Of a stretch of 64,000 nt of DNA, positions 10,030 to 20,492 are shown piece after piece. Each line of letters starts with the position of its first letter. Position 1 is the stretch's first letter. The stretch comes from Candidatus Heimdallarchaeota archaeon (GTDB taxonomy: Archaea > Asgardarchaeota > Heimdallarchaeia > Heimdallarchaeales > Heimdallarchaeaceae). The stretch is from assembly GCA_019057815.1 (NCBI GenBank), contig JAHLWR010000003.1, forward strand, positions 128,001 through 192,000, given 5' to 3'. A program made the translations under genes and the position numbers. The notes under the pieces were generated by a model, which was not told where the DNA came from, ran no database searches, and worked only from the letters and a program-made list of their open reading frames with translations.

Positions 10030-11301
10030 TTAAAACACCTTTATGATCCAGAACACCCAATAAACTACTATAAGAACAGCACCTATTGCACTTGGAATCT
10101 TCTTCTTACCTTTAAGTATTTTAATAGCAGAAGCGTTTACTGCTCCAAAAATGAACATGAAGATTAAGCTAGCAGCAGTAGCAACTAGTTCTATAGAGAA
10201 AAGCAATATAAATATAATGCTCAAAATCCCAGAGATAGTGATTGCCCTCGCTGGAACTCTCGTTCTTGGATTTATTTTAGAAAAAGCTTTGGGAAGAACA
10301 TTTTCGTGAGAAAGCGTATATGATAAACGGGAAGAACCTAAGAGCGTGGCATTAATCGCAGAAGCAGCTGATATAATTGCAGCAAATGCCATAATTCCTG
10401 CCCCAGCTACTCCTAGAAACTTCCCAGCAGAATGAGTAAGGATAACTTCACCTATATCTTTTATTTCTTCGCTGTAACCAAGAACTCCGACAGTCACAAT
10501 TGCAACAGAAACATAGAGAAAGAGAACGATTATAATTGAAGAATACATTCCAATAGGTAAATCTCTTTCAGGATTCTTCATCTCTTCCACACTATTTGAA
10601 AGGATTTCAAACCCTTCCATTGAGACGAAGATTAATACAGAGCTTGCTATAACTGGAAACGCACCGTTTGGTAGAAAATTAGCAAAACTATCTTTCTTAA
10701 TAGCAAAGATTCCAACTGTTATATATAATACTAAAATAGCAACTTTCACAAAAACGAGTATGTTTTGAGTTCTAGATGATTCTTTTACTCCTACTAGATT
10801 CAATCCTACGAACAATAAGACGCTGAATAATTGGAAAACAAAGACTGAAACTGAAATATTGAAGAAGGGTAAAGTACTATCTCCAAAAAGGTGCCATACC
10901 TCTCCCAGATATCTGCCAAAAGTCATTGCATAAAGGCTAACAGAAAAACTATAGCCAAACCACAGAATTATCCCTAAAATCCCTGAAAACCATTTAGACT
11001 TGAAAGCTTCTCTAACATAAATAAACGCTCCACCAGCTTTAGGATATTTTAAGGCAAGGTTAACATAGCTATAAGCAGTAAAAGCGCTTACAATACCAGC
11101 TAAGAGGAAAGCAAGAAAAGCACCAGGACCTGATTCATATATTACAAGACCTAAAACGCTGAAGACCCCCCCACCAATTAGAGCACCGATAGCTATGCCT
11201 AGAGCTTCCTTCAAACCCAGCTCTTTGGAGAGCTCGACAACATCGTTGGAGTTCTTTTTGTTCTCTGCCATCGGTATCCCATTAAGAGCCAATTTAATCA
11301 A
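10030..11301 (-). CDS. APC-family amino acid permease
   Basis: IGGGVF, PKAGG, GFE, EEMKNPERDLP, about 12 TM. Confidence 0.92.
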   Translation of the reverse strand: MIKLALNGIPMAENKKNSNDVVELSKELGLKEALGIAIGALIGGGVFSVLGLVIYESGPGAFLAFLLAGIVSAFTAYSYVNLALKYPKAGGAFIYVREAFKSKWFSGILGIILWFGYSFSVSLYAMTFGRYLGEVWHLFGDSTLPFFNISVSVFVFQLFSVLLFVGLNLVGVKESSRTQNILVFVKVAILVLYITVGIFAIKKDSFANFLPNGAFPVIASSVLIFVSMEGFEILSNSVEEMKNPERDLPIGMYSSIIIVLFLYVSVAIVTVGVLGYSEEIKDIGEVILTHSAGKFLGVAGAGIMAFAAIISAASAINATLLGSSRLSYTLSHENVLPKAFSKINPRTRVPARAITISGILSIIFILLFSIELVATAASLIFMFIFGAVNASAIKILKGKKKIPSAIGAVLIVVYWVFWIIKVF

Positions 11302-11388
11302 GGAATTTAAGAATATTTCTGTAATAGAAATAAGAAATATTGTAATTTTTGCTGTTAAGAAAGCAGTTATTAAGCAACTTTAAGACGC

Positions 11389-12303
11389 TTAAATTGAAGA
11401 AACAATTGCATATATTCCAAAAATTACTAAGTTTGCAATAATCGATGACCATAATATCTTCTTATTCCAAGTTTTAATGTATTGTCCATTGTTAATTCCA
11501 ATTGGTATTAAATTGAACAACACGTAGAAAAACATCAAAAAGGGGAATATGCTCAGTCCTTGGCGCATCTCAAGTGGGAATAAATCAGTGAGTAATGTTA
11601 CAATTGTAAAAATTTGAAAACCTAATATCCACATTATCCCACTCAAAGCTACTTTCCCTCTTTCTCTCACTTTAGCAGTAAAATCTCGGAAAACAAGAAA
11701 AGACGGGAAAATGATAAAAAGTATGAATATACTTACAATGCCTAGAAGTAATCCTTGTAACCACAAGACATTACTGCTACGAACTCCATAATGTCTTGAA
11801 AGAATTTTTTGTAAAACTAGATGACCTCCAAAAATTACCAGGACTCCAAAAAGAACAGTTAGAAAAGGCCATGGAAAGAGGAAATTCACTGGTTTTTTTT
11901 CAATAACAGCTACTCTAAACATCAGATGAAGGTACATAAAAAGAGCTACAGCAACTGTAGCTATTAAAATATTGTACATATTTGTTTTAAAACTATATAA
12001 TGTATAGAAAGAAGAACGAATTAAGAATCTATCCTCTGGTCTCATATAATTTGCTTTTTGATCCGAATCAACTTTTCTTACAAAGGTTTTTCTCTTAGTT
12101 TTTCTACTCTCAGATTCTTTTTTTGCTATCCTAGTAGTTGACAACTTAGCTTTTCTATATTCATCTGTTTGGAAAAACCCTACCATAGGGCAATCGTGTT
12201 GTTCTGCTAATCTATGTTTACCACAATAATATTGATTGCATAGTTTACATTTAAAAGGATAAACTTCTTCTTCATTGCACTCTGGATATGAACAATTCTT
12301 CAT
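11389..12303 (-). CDS. AN1 zinc finger fused to a degenerate M50 (site-2 protease) membrane domain
   Basis: C..C...FKCKLC..YCGKHRLAEQHDC; GKVALSG and FNLIPIG..NG..IKTWN. Confidence 0.7.
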   Translation of the reverse strand: MKNCSYPECNEEEVYPFKCKLCNQYYCGKHRLAEQHDCPMVGFFQTDEYRKAKLSTTRIAKKESESRKTKRKTFVRKVDSDQKANYMRPEDRFLIRSSFYTLYSFKTNMYNILIATVAVALFMYLHLMFRVAVIEKKPVNFLFPWPFLTVLFGVLVIFGGHLVLQKILSRHYGVRSSNVLWLQGLLLGIVSIFILFIIFPSFLVFRDFTAKVRERGKVALSGIMWILGFQIFTIVTLLTDLFPLEMRQGLSIFPFLMFFYVLFNLIPIGINNGQYIKTWNKKILWSSIIANLVIFGIYAIVSSI

Positions 12304-12327
12304 TTTTGTGTTACCTTTTGTAGTCCA

Positions 12328-13206
12328 TCATTTTTCTAACATATGGTGAACACATACACCTGGAGTTAGAAGCTTATCCCTGATTTTATTAGACAAAGAT
12401 TTTGTTATTTTCTGAATTAGTGTTTTTTTTCTTGAACAACCAATTAACACCATATCAGGTTCATCTTTTTCGAAAATAAACTCTAAAGATGAACTCAAAC
12501 CATGTCCAATTATGAATTTAGGTTGAATTATACGACCAAAAATTTTGGAATAATTATCGATATATTCTCTAAATGTCTTTTCTTCTTTTTTAATTTCAAC
12601 TTCATTTCTAGCTTCAGAAAGAGGGACTAATCGAGGAATTTCTGCGACATGGTAAACTTTTACTGTTGCTCCCTTTTGTGGAGCAGCAATCGCAGATGCC
12701 CACCTTAGAAGGAAAGGGTCTCTATCTGAATATGGTAGTAGAACAGCTAAGTTTTTAATCTTTTTATGAAGTTTCAGCATTGATGGAGGAAAAACTTGTA
12801 AAATCTCAGCTTGAATATGAGGTATTACACTGTTAGAAATACTGTTAATAGTAATTTTATCAAAAAGAGAAGGTTTTCGTCTACCAGACATAACAACAAG
12901 GCTTTGACGATGTTCATGCCAGTGATCTATTATTGCCTTAGAAATATTATGCTTTTTTACTATTTTCATGTCAAATTCGATTTCATATTTAGCAAGTTTT
13001 TCAAAGTATTTTTCAAAGAAAGGTTCTCGTGTCTTACCGATATGGAGGAAATCTAGTTTTGAACCATATTCATGAGCGATATAAAAAGCTGTATCCAAAG
13101 CCATCTGCTCAAATTCAACTCCTTTGATGGGAACTAATATTCTATCTAAATAAACAAAGAACTCATCTTGAAAATTTAACTTGTGTTGAGATGGTATATT
13201 ACTCAT
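12328..13206 (-). CDS. Tandem universal stress protein
   Basis: RILVP...LVVMSG...SISNSVI; second domain LAVLLP...DMVLIG. Confidence 0.75.
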   Translation of the reverse strand: MSNIPSQHKLNFQDEFFVYLDRILVPIKGVEFEQMALDTAFYIAHEYGSKLDFLHIGKTREPFFEKYFEKLAKYEIEFDMKIVKKHNISKAIIDHWHEHRQSLVVMSGRRKPSLFDKITINSISNSVIPHIQAEILQVFPPSMLKLHKKIKNLAVLLPYSDRDPFLLRWASAIAAPQKGATVKVYHVAEIPRLVPLSEARNEVEIKKEEKTFREYIDNYSKIFGRIIQPKFIIGHGLSSSLEFIFEKDEPDMVLIGCSRKKTLIQKITKSLSNKIRDKLLTPGVCVHHMLEK

Positions 13207-13300
13207 TCTAATGGTCGTTTTTACTGTCTTCTCATTTTATAAAAGGTTTGTGTCAAGCAGTTATCTACGGGAAGAAAGGTTTAGAAAAGTTTTTACTGAT

Positions 13301-14308
13301 TTAATTTTCTCGTAAATCGATTATATCCTCTGTTCTTGGTCCTGTCCCTATTAGAGTTACCTTACATCTGGTTTTAGCTTCAATTGTATCAATGAACTCT
13401 AAAGCTTCACCCTTGAGGTTGTCTACATTGTTGCTTTTTGCTATTTTAGGATAGATGATGTCAAGTTTAGTTAATGCAATCTGAGTCGCACTGTTGATTC
13501 TAACAGCTTTTTTAGCAAGTTCAAAATTAAATGGAGCAGCTCTTCTTAGTCTTCCTGTTACGGCACCGTATTCTACCCATCCTTTTTCAATTGTTTCTTC
13601 TTCAGATAATTCTCCAGGAAGTTCTCCTGTTCCTACTCTAGTAATAAACGATTTCATCACTACAATAACCTCATCAACTTTTTTAGGTCCAACACCTATA
13701 TCTGAGCATATTGCTGAAGCTGTAGTGTCTTTAGAAGTGACATAGGGGTAAGTTCCATGGTAAAGAGATAAGAAAGTTGCTTGACTTCCTTCAGCTAGCA
13801 CATTTTCTCCTTGATCAAGAGCATCATTAATCTCTGTACTCACATCCGTTAGAAATTCTTGTAATTCAGGTATGTCTCTTGCTACTTTTAACGACCTCAT
13901 AGCTCTATCCATATTTGCTGGACCCGTTCCACTTCCAGTTGAACCTATTTTACCAGAGAGATGCTTGTTTTTGGAATCCATTTCTATATGTTTGTCTTCA
14001 ATGATTCCAACTTGGTAATCTATTCCTAGTTTACTTTGCGATTTTGTATCTTCAATTTCCTTGAATAGAACCTTAGTGTTAATAAGAACACCTGCTCCTA
14101 TAAGGAGACGTGTGTTAGGATTAATAAAGCCTGAAGGAATCAACCGTAGTTTGTACTCTTTTCCTTCGAAAAATATTGTATGACCAGCATTTGGCCCCAC
14201 ACCTGCTCGAGCAACTATAGAAGGTTTATCTACTATGGCTAGATGAGATAGAATTTTTCCTTTCCCCTCATCTCCCCAAAATCCACCACATATTACAGTA
14301 AGAGTCAT
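13301..14308 (-). CDS. purA: Adenylosuccinate synthetase (short archaeal type)
   Basis: GGFWGDEGKGK, GPNAGHT, GTYPYVTS, TGRLRR, TKLD. Confidence 0.97.
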   Translation of the reverse strand: MTLTVICGGFWGDEGKGKILSHLAIVDKPSIVARAGVGPNAGHTIFFEGKEYKLRLIPSGFINPNTRLLIGAGVLINTKVLFKEIEDTKSQSKLGIDYQVGIIEDKHIEMDSKNKHLSGKIGSTGSGTGPANMDRAMRSLKVARDIPELQEFLTDVSTEINDALDQGENVLAEGSQATFLSLYHGTYPYVTSKDTTASAICSDIGVGPKKVDEVIVVMKSFITRVGTGELPGELSEEETIEKGWVEYGAVTGRLRRAAPFNFELAKKAVRINSATQIALTKLDIIYPKIAKSNNVDNLKGEALEFIDTIEAKTRCKVTLIGTGPRTEDIIDLREN

Positions 14309-14396
14309 TATTAAAAGGTTTAGAGTATAAGATAATAAATTTTTCATTTGGATACATCATTACGAAAAGCTAATAAAGCGCATAAACCAACTTAAC

Positions 14397-14969
14397 ATGA
14401 GGACAATGTCTATTTTTGGAGTAGTTAAAATAGTCTTAATGGGAGATTTTGCAACTGGAAAGACAACCTTAAAGCGATCATTTATGGGAATGCACTTAGA
14501 TGAAAGGTACATGAGTACACTAGGTGTAGATCTTGCTTCTTATAATCATCAAGATGAAGATATGACGATAAAATATCAAATTTGGGATTTGGGAGGTCAA
14601 GATGAATTCGTTAAAGTCAGAAGGAAACAGTATAAAGGTGCGGAAGGTGGTCTTCTCGTCTTTGATAAGAGTAGAGATATGACTTTTGAAAATCTAGATA
14701 CATGGTTAGATGAAATAAATTCTTCAATTGATCAATCAGTTTTTCTTTTAATACTAGGGAATAAAGACGACTTAGTATCTGAAGAGGTTAATAGAGAATG
14801 GGATGAAAAAGCATCAAAATATATCAAAGACAACATATCAACTTATCCACACATTAAGCTGTTAGGCTATTTTTCGACCTGTGCTTTACATGGTAGTAAC
14901 GTAGAGAAAGCTTTTGTAAAAATAGGAAGAGAAATTATCAAAAGAAAAAGTGACGATATGATTATTTAG
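14397..14969 (+). CDS. Rab/Ras-like small GTPase
   Basis: G1 GDFATGKT, G2 STLGVD, G3 WDLGGQ, G4 NKDD, G5 TCAL; no C-terminal prenylation Cys. Confidence 0.92.
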   Translation: MRTMSIFGVVKIVLMGDFATGKTTLKRSFMGMHLDERYMSTLGVDLASYNHQDEDMTIKYQIWDLGGQDEFVKVRRKQYKGAEGGLLVFDKSRDMTFENLDTWLDEINSSIDQSVFLLILGNKDDLVSEEVNREWDEKASKYIKDNISTYPHIKLLGYFSTCALHGSNVEKAFVKIGREIIKRKSDDMII

Positions 14970-15066
14970 CTTTTTAAAAGAATTTTACATTAGTAAATAG
15001 TCATCAAAAAGAAAGAATTAAAACTGATAACATTAGAAAACGTGTAGGAATACTCTGGTTATTACT

Positions 15067-15966
15067 ATGGCAGACAGTATAATTGGACAATTTATTGTTG
15101 GCTTATTGCCAATATTAGTTTTCGTAGCATTATATCTCGGATTTTATATATGGGGAAAAAGGAAAAATAAAAAGAAGAAAGAAGGATATATCGAAGATAT
15201 TGTAACTGCTATGGATCCATATATAGAAAATTATACTAGAAAAGACCCTTCTGATAGACAAGTTGAACTAAGAACGCAGTTAAGCGAAGATTATTTAGTA
15301 AAATCTGCATCTGCTTGGGTATTATTACTTCCAAGAACAAGTTTTCCAACAATGCTTGTTGACGGTTTATTTTTTAGAAATAAAGATTCTTTTGGTTTAG
15401 CAGCTAATTTCCCAGAAAAACCCAGAGTCATTTTTGAAGTAATACCTTATCGTTCAAGATCTGCTATTCGAAAGGATTTTGATTACCTTGTTGCAATTGA
15501 TGACATCGACACCCCAGATTCAGAAGTAAATAGTACCTATCTTATAAAATCAAACAAACCAAAAATCATTAATCAGCTAATTAGAAGTAAGACTTTCATA
15601 AAGACAATGAACGATTATCCAAAAATCATTCAATGGATTTCTATAAGGACTGATGAACCTCATTTTGAAATGAAATTTGAATTAACAGGGAAACAAGCAG
15701 ACTTACTTTCACTTACTAAATTCACTATGATTCTTTTGAAATTCTTTGGAAAAGTAATAGAAAACACAAAGAGTTTACCTATTCCAGTGATTCTCAAGAA
15801 AGAAACAAAGAAACTCTCTGATAAAGAAAAGGCTAAACAAGAAAAAGAAAAACAGAAATTCATGAAGGAAAGAGAAAAACGCAGAGAGAAAGCCCGAAGT
15901 AAGGAAGAAAAAGAAGCTAAGAAAAGATCTAAAGCTGAAGACAAAGCAAGGAGAAAAGCTAAATAA
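15067..15966 (+). CDS. CCDC47 (PAT complex)-like single-pass protein
   Basis: TM followed by YIWGKRKN, alpha/beta domain, K/E/R-rich C-terminal coiled coil. Confidence 0.5.
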   Translation: MADSIIGQFIVGLLPILVFVALYLGFYIWGKRKNKKKKEGYIEDIVTAMDPYIENYTRKDPSDRQVELRTQLSEDYLVKSASAWVLLLPRTSFPTMLVDGLFFRNKDSFGLAANFPEKPRVIFEVIPYRSRSAIRKDFDYLVAIDDIDTPDSEVNSTYLIKSNKPKIINQLIRSKTFIKTMNDYPKIIQWISIRTDEPHFEMKFELTGKQADLLSLTKFTMILLKFFGKVIENTKSLPIPVILKKETKKLSDKEKAKQEKEKQKFMKEREKRREKARSKEEKEAKKRSKAEDKARRKAK

Positions 15967-16134
15967 AATAACCTCATTTTGCATTTCTCATTTATTCAAA
16001 ATTCCAATATTCTCCAACCAGAAAACATTTCATGAAAGAATTTATATATTACCTTTTGAAGGAGTTATTAACTTCAATCTATATTACACCTATTTTAACT
16101 ATTTTAGCTAAAAACAGTAAGAATCGGATAAAAA

Positions 16135-17010
16135 ATGATAAGTAACATAGACCAAAAACCTACAAAATTAAAAATAATAACTGATAGCTCCTGTGACTTA
16201 CCTGATGCGTTTTTAAAGGAATATGACATAGATTATGTTCCTTTCTATGTTAATATTGCTGGTAAAAGCTATATTGATAGAACAGAACTAAAGCCAGAAG
16301 TTTACTATGAGCAATTAAAATCTATTAAAGACCTACCAACAACTTCTGCACCTAGTCCAAAAGATTTCTTCGATAAGGTAAATTCAGTAGTCAAAGATTA
16401 TTCCACAGTTTTAATAACAACAATCTCTTCAAAACTATCCGCAACATATCAATCTGCAAGAGTAGCTGCTAAACGTTTAAGAGAAAAAAGTGTTCATGTC
16501 TTCGACTCATTATCTGGATCTGGAGGTGTAGGATTATTATGTCTTGCAGCTGCAAAGCTTGCTAGACAAGGATTGAAAGAAGATAATTTGATAAAAGAAG
16601 TTGAACGAATCAGAAAAGAAACAATTTTGCTTGGATACGTTGACAACCTTGAGAACTTAGTGAAATCAGGTAGAATATCCAATTTTAAGTATCTCATTGG
16701 TAGATTAATGAAAGCCAAACCTATACTCCAAGTGAAAGATGGATTGATTCAACCTCTATCAAAAGCTTCAGGAAAAGAAAAAGCTATCAAAAAAATGCTT
16801 AACATCTTGTACAAGCGTGTTGATGAGGATGTTAAATATGATATTATGATAACTCATGGGGATGATTATGAGACTTCTAATAACATTCTACAACAGATAG
16901 AAAAGAAAGTTGAATTAGGAGAAAAGATTATTAATTTCTTGACACCTGCTTTAGCAACCCATTTAGGGCTTGGAACTATAGTTGTAACACTATCTCCAAG
17001 TGTGGATTAA
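16135..17010 (+). CDS. DegV/FakB fatty-acid-binding protein
   Basis: ITDSSCDL, TSAPS, ISSKLSATY, GRI, KPIL, HLG. Confidence 0.92.
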   Translation: MISNIDQKPTKLKIITDSSCDLPDAFLKEYDIDYVPFYVNIAGKSYIDRTELKPEVYYEQLKSIKDLPTTSAPSPKDFFDKVNSVVKDYSTVLITTISSKLSATYQSARVAAKRLREKSVHVFDSLSGSGGVGLLCLAAAKLARQGLKEDNLIKEVERIRKETILLGYVDNLENLVKSGRISNFKYLIGRLMKAKPILQVKDGLIQPLSKASGKEKAIKKMLNILYKRVDEDVKYDIMITHGDDYETSNNILQQIEKKVELGEKIINFLTPALATHLGLGTIVVTLSPSVD

Positions 17011-17021
17011 CTCCTTATCTT

Positions 17022-18557
17022 TTATTTTTCTTTTGGTTTAAAACTCAAAGCTTTAGCAATTACTTTGTTGATATTATTTGTGATATCTGAAGCCATCAGT
17101 CCATTACCAAATTGTTGAGATGCTAATTCACCAGCAGCTCCTGAGATATATGCACCTAAACATGCTGATGTATAAGAATCATTTGTAACTGAAAAGAGAG
17201 TTCCTATTATTCCTGTTAATACGTCCCCTGATCCTCCAACTGTCATCCCTGGGTGACCAGTCTTGTTGAATTTGGTGTTAAAACCGTCTGATATGATGTC
17301 TATCTGCCCTTTGACAAGAATTACTGTTTTGTATTTTAAAGCAATTTCAGTGACCAAGTTTGCATCTTTCCTTAAATCATTGTAAAACTTTTTGTTGAAG
17401 ACTTTACCAAATTCACCTCTGTGAGGTGTCAATATTGTATCATGCTTGAAAAGAAGTTGTAATTCGCTTTCAGATAGAACTGACAGGGCACCAGCGTCAA
17501 TAACGATTTGTCTTTTCATTTCACTCTCAAGAAGTTTATTAACACATTGATTGGTTTTTACAGAATCTTTCATTCCAGGACCTATAATAAAGGCTGAATT
17601 TCTAGTTTTATCTTCTTCCATGATAAGTGAAATATCAGAAGGGTCAATTTCATTTTCTTTTGCGGGAATTGTAATAAAATCTGGAGAATAAGCTGCTAAT
17701 ACATGTCTTATATTTTTCGGAGTTAGGATGAAGACTAGATCAGCTCCTGTTCGAAAAGCACCAAAACCAGCTAAAGCGGGTGCACCGATGTACTCATCGG
17801 ATCCTCCTATTATTGTTACTACACCATTATCTCTTTTATGACTATCATTCTTCCTTTTAGGATAATTCCATTTCAAATCTCCTAATCCTACATACGTTTC
17901 AGCTTCTTCTGGAATACCAATATCTTTTACAATTATTAGAGATTCAGAGAAATCATTTGATTCAACTTTGTTCTTTCCCAAACATACAATTTTCTCAGGA
18001 TTTGATATGAAAATAGTATTATTGGACGTAGGATTATATCCAGAGGGAGTATCTATAGAAATTATCTTTCCTCTAAAATGAGAGTTAAGATATTCGATTA
18101 ATGATTTATAGGGTTCTTTCGGTGTTCCTAAGATTCCTATCCCAAGAAGTGCATCAATAATGAGTTTATTATCATTGATATTACTTTTAAATTTTCCAAA
18201 TGCCTTCTTATCTTTAATTCTGATTATCCTTTCATCTGTTAATATTTCTGTTAGTCTTTCAAAGTTTTTTTGAGATGAGAGAGAATTAAACTTGTTTTTG
18301 TTTCCAAATAGAGCTAAGGAGCAGTTATATCCTTTGTTAATCAAGAGTCTTGCAGTTACTAACCCATCTCCTCCATTATTTCCATATCCCGCAACAATAA
18401 GAATACTATTTTTTTTTACTTGCGGAATATTAATAATTTCCTCAAATACAGCTTTACCAGCATTTTCCATTAATTTAATAATTGGAATACCCATAGCAAA
18501 AGCATTGTCTTCTAAAGCCCTTACTTCAATAAAAGTAAAGTATTTTCTTTTCATCAT
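17022..18557 (-). CDS. nnr: Bifunctional NAD(P)HX epimerase/dehydratase (YjeF)
   Basis: LMENAG, GNNGGDG, DTPSG, GAPALA, LTPHRGEF, GGSGDVLTG. Confidence 0.95.
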   Translation of the reverse strand: MMKRKYFTFIEVRALEDNAFAMGIPIIKLMENAGKAVFEEIINIPQVKKNSILIVAGYGNNGGDGLVTARLLINKGYNCSLALFGNKNKFNSLSSQKNFERLTEILTDERIIRIKDKKAFGKFKSNINDNKLIIDALLGIGILGTPKEPYKSLIEYLNSHFRGKIISIDTPSGYNPTSNNTIFISNPEKIVCLGKNKVESNDFSESLIIVKDIGIPEEAETYVGLGDLKWNYPKRKNDSHKRDNGVVTIIGGSDEYIGAPALAGFGAFRTGADLVFILTPKNIRHVLAAYSPDFITIPAKENEIDPSDISLIMEEDKTRNSAFIIGPGMKDSVKTNQCVNKLLESEMKRQIVIDAGALSVLSESELQLLFKHDTILTPHRGEFGKVFNKKFYNDLRKDANLVTEIALKYKTVILVKGQIDIISDGFNTKFNKTGHPGMTVGGSGDVLTGIIGTLFSVTNDSYTSACLGAYISGAAGELASQQFGNGLMASDITNNINKVIAKALSFKPKEK

Positions 18558-18619
18558 TAATTAAAAATCTAATTACTGCTTTAAAACAATTATTCTAAGA
18601 TATAAAAAAAAAGAAATGT

Positions 18620-19189
18620 TCAGACGTATTTCAAAGTTTTTTGAGCTCTTTTGTGTTCTTTATCAAGCTCATCATCTAATGTATCAAGCAGAGTAGATGT
18701 TTGTTTTCTTACTCTCACATAGTCTTCATATGATGTTTTGAGAGAGTTAAGAGAATTTTCGAATAACCCTAAAGATGTTTGATCATTTTGAACAAAAGAA
18801 AGTGTTTTACTTATGTTCTGGGCTACATTCTTGAGAAGCGCGATTACATCTTCCTCTTTTTTACTAATATTCATCATTTTTTTAGGTGTTTTTAGGGGGA
18901 AATCTAATCCGTCTATTTCTACCATTAATGTATATATTCCAGCAATGATTTCTTCCATAACATTCAACGTTTTTCCTAGATTTTGTAATGTAAGAAGTAC
19001 ATCTTCTTTTAAATCGGCAAATTCTTCTTGATTTTCATTGGATTGTTTGAAAGATGTGTGTATTTTTTCTACATCATCAACGATTTGTTGTGATTTGTCA
19101 GTCCATTTTTTTCTAATCTCTTTGAGATTATGCATAAAAGAGCCTGTGGCATGTGCCAAGGAATCAGTTTTTCTTACTGCAAAATTCAT
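18620..19189 (-). CDS. All-helical coiled-coil hypothetical protein
   Basis: 189-aa amphipathic helical ORF with GGTGA RBS. Confidence 0.6.
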   Translation of the reverse strand: MNFAVRKTDSLAHATGSFMHNLKEIRKKWTDKSQQIVDDVEKIHTSFKQSNENQEEFADLKEDVLLTLQNLGKTLNVMEEIIAGIYTLMVEIDGLDFPLKTPKKMMNISKKEEDVIALLKNVAQNISKTLSFVQNDQTSLGLFENSLNSLKTSYEDYVRVRKQTSTLLDTLDDELDKEHKRAQKTLKYV

Positions 19190-19487
19190 TATATCACCTT
19201 TGATGATATTTGGAAGGAATGAAAACAGTACTCGTTCTGAAATAACTTGAAAAAAGTTGTGAATATTCCTCCAAACATATATGTATTATATTATGCATTG
19301 CCCAATATAAAACTTACCGATACCACAATATGGTTCTGGATATTATACAAAAATGTAATTCTTCCTATTCCAAATGCATCTGTGTTAGAAAATTTGTGGT
19401 CTAGAATAGAAAAAATACTCATTTAATATTTTTCTGTAATAGGTCAATAATCGATGATTTAAAAATAACCCTTTCTATACTGTTCTT

Positions 19488-20492
19488 GTGCCTTATAATA
19501 ATGCGTCATCAGATGTGAAAGGTAAAGCTCTTGATGTTCAGCTTTATATTGCTCAATGCGCTGTTCTAGCACATAATCTATTATATGTAACAGAACCTAA
19601 ACCTGGTGGAGCATCTTTTCATAAAAGTTTTACTGATACAAAAACTGAACATTTTTTAGCAGGTGGGAGCAGCTTGTTTGGTCCTATTTTTGAACTTTCT
19701 AAGAGAGGGATTTTAGTAGCTCAAAACCATCTATGGTACGATGATTCTGAGATAGGTTTGTTCATCACTAAAGCTCTAGACGGTGCAAAGAGATGGTACC
19801 AACCAATCGGTAATACAATTCTAGGGACAATTCTAATGTTTTCTCCCATTACAGTAAGCGTTGCACATTATTTTGCTAATGAAGGGATGAAAACTAACGT
19901 AAAACTAGATTTAGATGTTGTTGTAGCTTTGAGTGAAAGGTTCTTAAAAAATTCAACCACTGATGATTGTATACATCTTACTCAAGCTTTAACTAAAAAC
20001 GTATCTAACGACATTCTACCTTCAGATAAGGATGAAGATGATTTTTCCTCTTTTATTAGGATATATAAGCATCAAAGAACTAATTTGTACGATTTTACAA
20101 AATTCTATGAAGAAAGAGATTTAGTCTTTTATGAGATGAGTCATAATTATAAGACGACTATTGCAACTGGATTCAAAACACTAACTAAGGTCTATGAGGA
20201 AGAGCATGATTTAATGAAAGCAATTTCACACACTTATTTAACGTTGCTTGCAGAAAGGAAAGATACTCATATTGCAAAAAGATTTGGAAATGAAATCGCA
20301 AGCGAAATCCAGCAAATGGCGAAAAACATCGTGAAAGCCGGTGGAATATTCACTGTTGACGGTATGAAAATGATTGATGAACTTGATGATTACTTAAGAA
20401 ACTCGAGACCTAAAAAAATAAATCCTGGATCGATTGCAGATATAACAACTACAACTATACTTCTAGCATTATTAGATGGATACAGACCTTAG
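19488..20492 (+). CDS. citG: CitG-like triphosphoribosyl-dephospho-CoA synthase
   Basis: PKPG, NTILG, DTHIAKRFG, NPGSIAD. Confidence 0.8.
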   Translation: MPYNNASSDVKGKALDVQLYIAQCAVLAHNLLYVTEPKPGGASFHKSFTDTKTEHFLAGGSSLFGPIFELSKRGILVAQNHLWYDDSEIGLFITKALDGAKRWYQPIGNTILGTILMFSPITVSVAHYFANEGMKTNVKLDLDVVVALSERFLKNSTTDDCIHLTQALTKNVSNDILPSDKDEDDFSSFIRIYKHQRTNLYDFTKFYEERDLVFYEMSHNYKTTIATGFKTLTKVYEEEHDLMKAISHTYLTLLAERKDTHIAKRFGNEIASEIQQMAKNIVKAGGIFTVDGMKMIDELDDYLRNSRPKKINPGSIADITTTTILLALLDGYRP

